The position numbers and the translations under genes were made by a program. The notes beneath the pieces are model-generated. The model had not been told where the DNA came from, made no database searches, and saw only the letters and a list, made by a program, of their open reading frames with translations. A DNA stretch of 64,000 nt, from positions 25,350 through 89,349 of the forward strand of contig JBBREP010000001.1 of assembly GCA_038202885.1 (NCBI GenBank), in the 5' to 3' direction. The stretch is from Acidimicrobiia bacterium. Lineage in GTDB: Bacteria > Actinomycetota > Acidimicrobiia > IMCC26256 > PALSA-610. Every line of letters starts with the position of its first letter. The stretch's first letter is position 1. Below are positions 10,095-17,675 of this stretch, piece by piece.

Positions 10095-11528
10095 GTGAGT
10101 GGCTTGCCGTCGCGGTTTGCGACGCTTCTCGGACCCGATACCCCGCTGCGAGCCCTCGCGGCGCGCCTCGATGCCAACGGACGCGAGTGTTACCTCGTCG
10201 GCGGCAGCGTGCGCGATGTGTTGCTCGGTCGGCCACTGGTGGACTTCGACCTGACCACAGACGCGCGGCCCGACGAAATCAAAGCCGCGCTGGGCGGGTG
10301 GGCCGACCATGTGTGGCTCCAAGGCGAGCGCTTCGGCACGATCGGCGCGCGGCGTGGCGACGACACGTTCGAGGTCACCACGTTCCGGGCCGACGTCTAC
10401 ATACCTGAGTCGCGTAAGCCCGAGGTGGTGTTCGGCGACTCGATCGAGGTCGATCTTGGGCGGCGCGATTTCACCGTGAACGCCATGGCGCTGCGCTTGA
10501 ACGGCGACAGCCCTGAACTCGTCGATCCCTTCGATGGCTTGGTCGATCTCACGGCCCGCCGGATCCGCACCCCTCAGTCGACGGAGATCTCGTTCGGCGA
10601 CGATCCATTGCGGATGTTGCGCGCCGCGCGCTTCGCGGCGACGTTGGAGTTCGAACCGGTCGACGAGGTCGTACGCGCGATGCACGACATGCGCAGCCGC
10701 CTCGAGATCGTGAGCGCCGAGCGCATTCGCGACGAGCTGAACAAAATGCTGGTCGCGGCCGACCCCGGGCCCGGTCTCTGGTTGATCGCACGCACTGGGC
10801 TCGCGGACGAATTCTTGCCCGAACTCAACCAGATGCAGCTCGAACAGGATCCGATCCACCGGCACAAAGACGTGTTGGCCCACACGATTGCTGTCGTGCA
10901 GAACACCGAACCGAAACTCTTGTTGCGGCTCGCGGCGCTCCTGCACGACGTGGGCAAACCCAAGACGCGCGGGTACTCCTCGAACGGTGTCACGTTCCAT
11001 CATCACGAGGTGGTCGGTGCCCGTATGGCGCGCACGCGCATGACCGCGTTGCGGTATCCGTCGCAGATGGTCGACGACGTCGCACGCCTTGTGGAACTGC
11101 ACCTGCGTTTCCATACCTATCGCATGGGTTGGACCGACTCCGCGGTGCGGCGGTACGTGCGCGACGCCGGGCCGTTGCTCGACGACCTCAATCAGCTGAC
11201 GCGCTGCGACTGCACCACTCGCAATCAGCGCAAGGCCGAAGCGCTGTCGCGCCGCATGGACGAACTCGACGTGCGTATCGCCGAACTGCGAGCGCAAGAG
11301 GAACTGGCTGGCATCAAGCCACCGCTCGACGGTGTGCAGGTGATGGCGTACCTCGGCGCGCGTCCCGGACGCGCCGTGGGCCAGGCCCTGGAGCACCTGC
11401 TCGAACTCCGACTTGATCACGGGCCCGTCACGATCGACGAGGCCTACCTGCAACTCGACGAGTGGGCCAGAGCCCAAGGCATTGAGCCAGCCGCCGAACG
11501 CGTGCCGGCCGCGAAACCTCGGGACTGA
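10095..11528 (+). CDS. cca: CCA tRNA nucleotidyltransferase / poly(A) polymerase family protein with HD domain
   Basis: Has a nucleotidyltransferase N-terminus (YLVGGSVRDVLLGRPLVDFDLTT, RRDFTVNAM) and an HD motif (LLHDVGKP). Confidence 0.85.
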   Translation: MSGLPSRFATLLGPDTPLRALAARLDANGRECYLVGGSVRDVLLGRPLVDFDLTTDARPDEIKAALGGWADHVWLQGERFGTIGARRGDDTFEVTTFRADVYIPESRKPEVVFGDSIEVDLGRRDFTVNAMALRLNGDSPELVDPFDGLVDLTARRIRTPQSTEISFGDDPLRMLRAARFAATLEFEPVDEVVRAMHDMRSRLEIVSAERIRDELNKMLVAADPGPGLWLIARTGLADEFLPELNQMQLEQDPIHRHKDVLAHTIAVVQNTEPKLLLRLAALLHDVGKPKTRGYSSNGVTFHHHEVVGARMARTRMTALRYPSQMVDDVARLVELHLRFHTYRMGWTDSAVRRYVRDAGPLLDDLNQLTRCDCTTRNQRKAEALSRRMDELDVRIAELRAQEELAGIKPPLDGVQVMAYLGARPGRAVGQALEHLLELRLDHGPVTIDEAYLQLDEWARAQGIEPAAERVPAAKPRD

Positions 11529-11535
11529 AGTTCTC

Positions 11536-12288
11536 TCAGTTGCCTTGTTTGCGGGCGCGGATGGCGATGATCCGGGGCAGCTCGGGACGGGGATCGGGAT
11601 TCTGTTCGCGCTGCGGCTCCGCGAGGATGTCGACGCCGAAACCAGCGCGTCCGAGCGCAGCAAAGATGTCGGCGAACGTGCGCGGATACAGCGTGAACGG
11701 TTCGCCGTACCGATCGATGCGCATCGGTTCCATCTCGAAGTAGGAGCGCTGCACCTCGAGTCGACCGAAGGGGAGCTCGCCGTCGCCCGAATCGTCGGGC
11801 CGGCACACGAGCGCCATCGGGTGCGCGTGGGTGAACACGAACGGGGCGCCGGTGCGCAGCACTCGGTGGATCTGACGCAGGGCCCGGTCGAGGTCTTCGA
11901 CCTCGGCGAGCGTGTCGACGCACAATGCGACGTCGACAGAATCGGCGCGCAGCCAAGCGAGCTCGGCCAGGTCGCTCGCGCGCCACTCGACCTTCACCGC
12001 GACGTCCTGGCCGAGTCGCCGCGCGTGCGCCAACATGGCCGGCGATCCGTCGACTGCGATCACGTTGGCGCCCTGATGGGTGAGCGCGACGGCATTGTGG
12101 CCCGCGCCGCAGCCGAGTTCGAGCGCGCGTTTGCCCTTGACGTTGCCGACGAGTCGTAGCTCAGTGTCGTCGGGGAGGTCGGCCCCGTAGCTGACGACAT
12201 CGAGTGAGGCGTCGAGCCCGGCGACGTGCTTGTCGGCGACGCGGTCCCACGCCTCGACGTTCGTGGCCGGAACGGGGAGATACTCCAC
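11536..12288 (-). CDS. Class I SAM-dependent methyltransferase
   Basis: Has motif I (ALELGCGAGHNAVAL). GTG starts at 12288 or 12297 lie just downstream of the ino1 stop. The rest of the 532-aa ORF is antisense to ino1. Confidence 0.75.
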   Translation of the reverse strand: MEYLPVPATNVEAWDRVADKHVAGLDASLDVVSYGADLPDDTELRLVGNVKGKRALELGCGAGHNAVALTHQGANVIAVDGSPAMLAHARRLGQDVAVKVEWRASDLAELAWLRADSVDVALCVDTLAEVEDLDRALRQIHRVLRTGAPFVFTHAHPMALVCRPDDSGDGELPFGRLEVQRSYFEMEPMRIDRYGEPFTLYPRTFADIFAALGRAGFGVDILAEPQREQNPDPRPELPRIIAIRARKQGN

Positions 12289-12302
12289 AGAACTCACGGA
12301 AC

Positions 12303-13640
12303 TCAATCTGTCATATCCGGCGCGTAGTAGTCGAGGCCGAGGTGCGTGAGTGGGTTCTCGCCGATCATCCAGCGCAGGGTGTTCTTCAGCTTTGTCTGCT
12401 GGATGAACAGATCGTGTTCGGGGTACAGGCCCGGCGCCACCTGCGGCGACTTGAAGTAGAAGCTCAGCCACTCCTGGATGCCGCCCATGCCCGCGCGTTT
12501 GGCGAGGTCGCACAGCAACACGAGATCGAGGGCCAGCGGCGCCGCGAGGATCGAGTCGCGGCACAAGAAATCGACCTTCATCTGCATCGGGTAGTTGAGC
12601 CACCCGAAGATGTCGATGTTGTCCCAGCCCTCTTTGTTGTCGCCGCGCGGCGGGTAATAGTTGATCCGCACCTTGTGGTACATGTCGCCGTAGAGCTGCG
12701 GGTACTTGTCGGGCTGGAGGATGTGCTCGAGCACACCGAGCTTGGACTCTTCCTTGGTCTTGAAGCTGTCCGGGTCGTCGAGGACTTCGCCGTCGCGGTT
12801 GCCGAGGATGTTCGTGGAGTACCAGCCGGCGACACCGAGCATGCGGGCCTTGAACATCGGAGCGAGGACGGTCTTCAGCAGCGTCTGGCCCGTTTTGAAG
12901 TCCTTGCCGCAGATCGGCACGCTGTGCTCGGTGGCGTAGTCGCGCAGCGCAGGCGTGTCGACCGTGAGGTTCGGCGCACCGTTTGCGAACGGGATGCCTT
13001 CCTGCAAGGCCGCATATGCGTAGAGCATCGATGGCGCGATGTCGTGCTCGTTGTTGTCGATCGCCTTTTCGAACGACTCGAGATCGGCGTGCGCCGGGCC
13101 CGGCTCGAGGAAGATCTCGGTCGAGCCGCACCACAACATCACGATCCGGTCGACCTTGTGCTCGTCGCGGAAACGCCCGATGTCTTCGCGCACGCCGTCG
13201 AGCATGGCTCGCTTGCTCGTGCGGTCCTTGACGTTCGGACCGTCGAGTCGCTTCACGTACTCGGGATCGAACGCGGCCGACATGGGCCGGACCGAGCGCA
13301 GTACCTCGGCGACGGGTTCGAGATGGCGGCCCGGCTCAAGGACACCGGCGCGCACTGCCGCGGTGTAGGCGTCGTCGGGGAAGGGGTCCCACGCGCCGAA
13401 CACGATGTCGTCGAGTGTGGCGAGCGGTACGGCGTCGCGGATCAGCGGAGTGCGATCCTCGGTGCGCTTGCCTAGGCGCAGCGTGCCCATCTGGGTGAGC
13501 GAGCCGATCGGCTCGGCCATGCCGCGCCGGGAGAGTTCGACGCCGGCGATCAATGTGCTTGCGACAGCGCCGAGACCGACGGTGAGCACGCCAAGGCGGC
13601 CCTCGGCCGGAGCGACGTTGGGAGTCTGGGGTGTCGCCAC
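12303..13640 (-). CDS. ino1: myo-Inositol-1-phosphate (inositol-3-phosphate) synthase
   Basis: Has MIPS-family motifs GKDFKTGQTLLK and STNILGNRDG, plus an N-terminal Rossmann segment VLTVGLGAVAST. GTG 13640 has GAGG 5 nt upstream. The ORF is nominally open to 13751. Confidence 0.8.
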   Translation of the reverse strand: MATPQTPNVAPAEGRLGVLTVGLGAVASTLIAGVELSRRGMAEPIGSLTQMGTLRLGKRTEDRTPLIRDAVPLATLDDIVFGAWDPFPDDAYTAAVRAGVLEPGRHLEPVAEVLRSVRPMSAAFDPEYVKRLDGPNVKDRTSKRAMLDGVREDIGRFRDEHKVDRIVMLWCGSTEIFLEPGPAHADLESFEKAIDNNEHDIAPSMLYAYAALQEGIPFANGAPNLTVDTPALRDYATEHSVPICGKDFKTGQTLLKTVLAPMFKARMLGVAGWYSTNILGNRDGEVLDDPDSFKTKEESKLGVLEHILQPDKYPQLYGDMYHKVRINYYPPRGDNKEGWDNIDIFGWLNYPMQMKVDFLCRDSILAAPLALDLVLLCDLAKRAGMGGIQEWLSFYFKSPQVAPGLYPEHDLFIQQTKLKNTLRWMIGENPLTHLGLDYYAPDMTD

Positions 13641-13757
13641 GGCTACCTCGTAGGGATCGGCTGGTTTCTCGCCGCTCACGGTATCGGTTGGGGCACGAGC
13701 TTGGCGCCTCGCCGACCGTCGCGAGCCGCTGGGCGGAAGTGCTGTGGACACCTACAC

Positions 13758-14129
13758 TTGCCGATCGTGCGGCGCGAGATCGACTACTCGCTCGCCCGTC
13801 GCGCTGTGGTCCGTGATTACCAGCGCGGCGCGCTCGCGAAGCCCGATGTGTGCGATGCACACCCCGAACTACTGCGCGCCGCCCGCAACCTCGGCCGGGC
13901 GTGCGACGCCGAGTGCCCGATCTGCGGTGCCGACGCAACGCTGCGGCGGGTCTCGTACGTCTATGGCGACGGTGCCAAGGCCCCGTACGGGCGGGCCGTC
14001 GCCAGCGCGGCCGAACTCCGCAAGCTGGGGCGCACCCACGACGAACTGCGCTGTTATGACGTCGAGGTCTGCCTCGAGTGCTCGTGGAACTACATGCTGC
14101 GCACCTACCTCATCGGCCGCACCGGCTGA
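13758..14129 (+). CDS. DUF5318-family Cys-rich small protein
   Basis: REIDYSLARRAVV...VCDAHPELLRAARNLG...CPICG...VEVCLECSWNYMLRTYLIG matches my memory of the actinobacterial DUF5318 pattern. Start is TTG 13758 or GTG 13767. Confidence 0.7.
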   Translation: MPIVRREIDYSLARRAVVRDYQRGALAKPDVCDAHPELLRAARNLGRACDAECPICGADATLRRVSYVYGDGAKAPYGRAVASAAELRKLGRTHDELRCYDVEVCLECSWNYMLRTYLIGRTG

Positions 14130-14139
14130 CCCCCCTTTT

Positions 14140-14192
14140 CGGTTTTCCTCTGCACCACGCGGCGTGTAGGGCCGTCAGGTGCAATCAGACCG
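14140..14192 (+). repeat. 53-nt conserved element, copy A (10 nt after the DUF5318 stop)
   Basis: CGGTTTTCCTCTGCACCACGCGGCGTGTAGGGCCGTCAGGTGCAATCAGACCG. It is 49/53 identical to the reverse complement of 39485-39537. Confidence 0.9.
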
Positions 14193-14350
14193 GTGTGCCC
14201 GGCGATCGGCCGCCGCGATGTGACGTCGGCGACGTGTCGAGGTGCAGCTGAGCCGCGACTGAACCTCGGACTGTACGGAGGGGGTTTCGGTCTGTATCGT
14301 TTGGTGTGACGCCGGGAGCCGAGTGGCCCTGGACGTTGGAGGTGAATGCG

Positions 14351-15241
14351 ATGACCACCGCAGAGTCCTCGGTCGCGACCCGTCGCCCGATCACGGCACC
14401 AGGGGTCGCGTCCCGCAAGGGCGGACCGACACCATTGGTGATGGTGACTGCATACGACGCGCCGTCGGCCAGAGTCGTCGATGGGGCGGGTGCCGACATG
14501 ATCTTGGTCGGCGACTCCGTCGCCATGGTCGTGCTTGGTTACGACGACACGATGCAGGTCACGATCGACGACATGGTGCACCACGTGGGTGCTGTGGCGC
14601 GGACGAAGCCGTCGGCGCTGATCGTGGGCGACCTGCCGTGGATGAGCTACCACCTCGATCGCTCCGACGCGGTCCGCAATGCCGCCGCGCTCGTGCGCGC
14701 CGGCGCGGGAGCCGTGAAGCTCGAGGGAGGACGCAAGCGCCTCGATGTCGTGCACGCCATCCTCGACGCCGAAGTTCCGGTGATGGGCCACATCGGCCTG
14801 ACGCCGCAGTCACTCTTGGCCCTGGGCGGTTTCAAGGTGCAGGGCAAGCAGCTCGACGCCGCGCACACGATTGTCGAAGATGCCATCGCGCTGGCCGACG
14901 CCGGCTGTTTCGCCGTGCTACTCGAATGCGTGCCCGACGGTGTGGCGCGCATGGTGACCGACTCGATTGGTGTGCCGACCATCGGTATCGGCGCCGGTCG
15001 TCACTGCGACGGTCAGGTGCTCGTGTACCACGACCTGCTCGGCATGTGCGGCCCTGGTCGCAAGGCGCCGAAGTTCGTTCGCCGGTACGCCGACCTGGAA
15101 ACGAGTGCCCTCGAGGCCGTGTCCGAGTTCGTCGACGACGTGCAGTGCGGGCGGTTCCCGTCCAGCGCCGAGACGTACCACATGGCCGACGGCATGAACC
15201 AAGGCCTAGGCCTCTACGGGGTAAGCGCCGCCTCGGTCTGA
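14351..15241 (+). CDS. panB: 3-methyl-2-oxobutanoate hydroxymethyltransferase
   Basis: LVMVTAYDAPSARVVDGAGADMILVGDSVAMVVLGYDDT and VKLEGG are typical PanB sequence. ATG 14351 is preceded by GGAGG. Confidence 0.9.
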   Translation: MTTAESSVATRRPITAPGVASRKGGPTPLVMVTAYDAPSARVVDGAGADMILVGDSVAMVVLGYDDTMQVTIDDMVHHVGAVARTKPSALIVGDLPWMSYHLDRSDAVRNAAALVRAGAGAVKLEGGRKRLDVVHAILDAEVPVMGHIGLTPQSLLALGGFKVQGKQLDAAHTIVEDAIALADAGCFAVLLECVPDGVARMVTDSIGVPTIGIGAGRHCDGQVLVYHDLLGMCGPGRKAPKFVRRYADLETSALEAVSEFVDDVQCGRFPSSAETYHMADGMNQGLGLYGVSAASV

Positions 15242-15323
15242 GCTGAATGGCATACCAACTGCGGTGGCGAAGCCATCGCAGGAGCGAGGGACGAGCGAGA
15301 TGCGTGGCGAGACACTCGCCGCG

Positions 15324-15341
15324 CCGGACGAAGTAGGCGCA
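15324..15341. repeat. Copy of the dispersed intergenic repeat CCGGACGRAGTAGGCGCA
   Basis: CCGGACGAAGTAGGCGCA is 17/18 identical to the two tandem copies at 31471-31512. Confidence 0.8.
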
Positions 15342-15482
15342 GTAGAGAGTGTCCGAGGCCCCTGTTAGCGTCTTGGGTGATAGGGAGCGTCGAGGACGGC
15401 GCTGCTAGGTTGACCGTTCCGATGTCTTTGGGCGGCTGACCGCGCAGACGTCGACACAATCTGATCCTGCCCCTCAGGGGGC

Positions 15483-15501
15483 CCGCGATCGACCATCGCG
15501 G
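15483..15501 (+). promoter_or_regulatory. Stem-loop in the rpsF 5' leader (candidate S6:S18 autoregulatory leader)
   Basis: CCGCGAT-CGACC-ATCGCGG forms a 7-bp stem 20 nt before the rpsF ATG. A smaller GCCCC/GGGGC hairpin lies at about 15469-15482. The functional assignment is an inference. Confidence 0.3.
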
Positions 15502-15521
15502 TCCGAAGGAGGTACGGCCCT

Positions 15522-15857
15522 ATGCGGCCTTACGAGGTCATGATCATTCTCGACGCCGACCTGGAAGAGGAGGCGATCCGAGGTTCGGTTGCGAAGTGGC
15601 TCAGCTTGATTGAGTCACATGGCGCCGTCCGTGGGTACGTCGATTTCTGGGGCAAGCGTCGCCTCGCCTACGAGATCAACCATCGGGCCGAGGGCTACTA
15701 CGTCGTCCTGCAGGCCAAGTCCGAACCAGCGGCGATGGAAGAGCTCCACCGGGTCCTCTCCCTTGCAGATGAAGTCATCCGCCACAAGGTGCTGCGCATT
15801 CCCGAGTCGGTCTACGGGCCGCCGGCGTCTGCGTCGGGTGCCGTCGCGGCGGAGTAG
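15522..15857 (+). CDS. rpsF: 30S ribosomal protein S6
   Basis: MRPYEVMIILDADLEEE...RRLAYEINHRAEGYYVVL. An AAGGAGG RBS is present. Confidence 0.93.
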   Translation: MRPYEVMIILDADLEEEAIRGSVAKWLSLIESHGAVRGYVDFWGKRRLAYEINHRAEGYYVVLQAKSEPAAMEELHRVLSLADEVIRHKVLRIPESVYGPPASASGAVAAE

Positions 15858-15876
15858 GCGTCGCGAAGCGACGCCT
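15856..15876 (+). other. Intercistronic stem-loop between rpsF and ssb
   Basis: AGGCGTCGC-GAA-GCGACGCCT forms a 9-bp perfect stem that begins inside the rpsF stop codon. Confidence 0.6.
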
Positions 15877-15896
15877 CGCAGTACAGGAGGACCATC

Positions 15897-16391
15897 ATGG
15901 CTAATGGCAACACTGTCACCCTCGTCGGGAACCTGACGCGTGACCCCGAGATGCGGTTCACGCCGAGTGGCGCCGGTCAGGCGATCGTCGGTCTCGCGGT
16001 GAGCCGTCGATACCAGGACCGCAACAACGAGTGGCAAGAAGAGACGGGTTTCTACAACATCGTCTGCTGGGGCGACCTCGCCGAGAACGTGCAGACGCTG
16101 AAAAAGGGCACCCGCGTCATCGTGAACGGGCGCTTGCGGCAGCGTTCGTGGGAGACCGAGAACGGCGACAAGCGCAGCGTCATCGAGGTGCAGGCCGACG
16201 AGATCGGTCCGAGCCTGCGGTGGGCGCGCGCTGAGGTGCACCGCAACGAGCGAAAAGCTCCTGGTGAAGGTGGCGGCGGGGGGCGCTCCTACGGGGGCGG
16301 CGCCACGCAGGGCGGCGGCGATGGCGGCAGTTCCGGAGCGGGGGGCTCCGGCGCGGCTGGGTATGACGAGCTGGGCGAAGAACCCTTCTAA
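15897..16391 (+). CDS. ssb: Single-stranded DNA-binding protein
   Basis: Has an OB-fold N-terminus (MANGNTVTLVGNLTRDPEMRFTPSG), a Gly-rich tail and an acidic tip (DELGEEPF). Confidence 0.93.
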   Translation: MANGNTVTLVGNLTRDPEMRFTPSGAGQAIVGLAVSRRYQDRNNEWQEETGFYNIVCWGDLAENVQTLKKGTRVIVNGRLRQRSWETENGDKRSVIEVQADEIGPSLRWARAEVHRNERKAPGEGGGGGRSYGGGATQGGGDGGSSGAGGSGAAGYDELGEEPF

Positions 16392-16439
16392 CGATGCAAC
16401 GTGCTCATGGCGACATGAGACGGCGAGAGGACACGTGAC

Positions 16440-16919
16440 ATGGCAAAGCCCATGCGCAAGAAGCCTGCGGGCACCGAAAAGAAACTGAAGAAGAAGACGT
16501 CGATCCTGACGGCCGAGAAGGTCGTGTGGGTCGACTACAAAGACGCGAACCTGTTGCGTCGCTTCATGTCGGATCGCGCCAAGATCCGGGCGCGCCGTGT
16601 GACGGGAAACGACCAGCAGCAGCAGGCCGCTGTCGCCAAGGCGATCAAGCTGTCGCGTGAGATGGCGTTGCTGCCGTACAGCGTGCGTCAGGTGCAGCAG
16701 CGGACGAAGGGTCGCGGTGGCAGGGATCGTCGCGACGCCGACCTGCAGCTCGAGACCGAGCTTCCGTCCGAGGTCGCCGCGGCTGCCGCTGCGGCAGCCG
16801 AGGCTGAACTGCTCGCTGCGAGCGAGGTGTCCGACGGCGTGCTTGACGACGTCGCCGTCGTGGAGATCGATACGGCCGAGGAGTTGGCCGAAGTTCCGGC
16901 TGGGAGTGACGACCAATGA
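16440..16919 (+). CDS. rpsR: 30S ribosomal protein S18 with a long acidic C-terminal extension
   Basis: The core sequence VDYKDANLLRRFMSDRAKIRARRVTGN...SREMALLPY is followed by about 75 extra residues. The stop overlaps the rplI ATG (ATGA at 16916). Confidence 0.9.
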   Translation: MAKPMRKKPAGTEKKLKKKTSILTAEKVVWVDYKDANLLRRFMSDRAKIRARRVTGNDQQQQAAVAKAIKLSREMALLPYSVRQVQQRTKGRGGRDRRDADLQLETELPSEVAAAAAAAAEAELLAASEVSDGVLDDVAVVEIDTAEELAEVPAGSDDQ

Positions 16920-17368
16920 AGATCGTCTTGCGTGACGACGTCAGCTCGCTCGGTCGCAAGGGCGACCTTGTCGAGGTCAAGCCCGGCTACGCGCGGAACT
17001 ATCTCGTGCCGCGCGGTCTTGCGATCGTCGCGAACCGCGGTGTCATCGCACAGTCCGAAGCGATGCGGCGCAATCGTGTCGTGCGCGACCTGAAGGACAA
17101 AGAAGCGGCATTGGAAGTCGCCGCTCGGCTCCAGGGCCAGGTGCTGACGATCGGTGTGCGTGCCGGTGAGGGCGGCAAGTTGTTCGGCTCCGTCGGAGCG
17201 GCCGATGTGGTGGCGGCAATCCACGAGCAGCTCGGCGTCCAGCTCGACCGGCGTATGGTCAGCGGCATCGACGAGCCGTGGAAAGAACTCGGGTCGTTCG
17301 AGATCACGGTCAAACTCCACGCCGAAGTGAAGCCGACGGTGAGCGTGAGTATCGTCAGCCAGGGCTGA
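16916..17368 (+). CDS. rplI: 50S ribosomal protein L9
   Basis: MKIVLRDDVSSLGRKGDLVEVKPGYARNYLVPRGLA. Confidence 0.92.
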   Translation: MKIVLRDDVSSLGRKGDLVEVKPGYARNYLVPRGLAIVANRGVIAQSEAMRRNRVVRDLKDKEAALEVAARLQGQVLTIGVRAGEGGKLFGSVGAADVVAAIHEQLGVQLDRRMVSGIDEPWKELGSFEITVKLHAEVKPTVSVSIVSQG

Positions 17369-17432
17369 TCGGCACGCCGCAATCTGGAACCGCCCGCGCG
17401 GTGTAGTCGCCGCGGGCGCCGTGTGGGTCGCG

Positions 17433-17632
17433 CTATCCACAGGTAGTCGCGCGCGCTTTTCCACAGGACTATCCACAGGCAACTACCCGGTTGCCCGGCA
17501 CGGCCGGCGCCATCCCGCGGACGTGTCCGAAGCCCGGTACACAATGCCTGTGGAGGAGTCGGTCGGTTGCCCACAGGTTCTCCGCAGCGAAGTTGCGGAT
17601 ATCCCCGGCTTTGCCCACTTACTCCCCACAGG
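17433..17632. promoter_or_regulatory. Cluster of CCACAGG / DnaA-box-like motifs in the rplI-dnaB intergenic region
   Basis: CTATCCACAGG at 17433 and 17469. TTTTCCACAGG at 17457. CCTGTGGAGG (reverse orientation) at 17547. TTGCCCACAGG at 17567. TTGCCCAC at 17611. CTCCCCACAGG at 17622. Confidence 0.6.
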
Positions 17633-17675
17633 ACCGCCATGAGATCGTGATGGCTCAGGGGAAAGGGTTTGCCGC

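Noticed and set aside
9006-11663. 885-aa minus-strand ORF, the longest in this part of the track
   Set aside because: It lies entirely antisense to pilT and cca, which both have clear family motifs. Its Arg/Gly/His/Val-rich translation has no recognisable domain. Long antisense open frames like this are typical of GC-rich DNA.
11536-13134. 532-aa ORF suggesting a large protein
   Set aside because: Only the C-terminal 250 aa or so (the methyltransferase) is credible. The upstream part is an alternative frame running through the ino1 coding region.
13641-13757. ORF-track starts at 13751 (ino1) and 13701 (DUF5318 protein), which would make the divergent genes overlap
   Set aside because: Internal starts (GTG 13640 with a GAGG RBS, and TTG 13758 or GTG 13767) give family-typical N-termini and leave a 117-bp divergent promoter region.
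17369-17675. Calling the dnaB-upstream box cluster the chromosomal origin (oriC)
   Set aside because: No AT-rich unwinding element is visible. There is no dnaA or dnaN in the window, and I could not compute GC skew. I kept it as a DnaA-box-like cluster of unknown role rather than an origin call.
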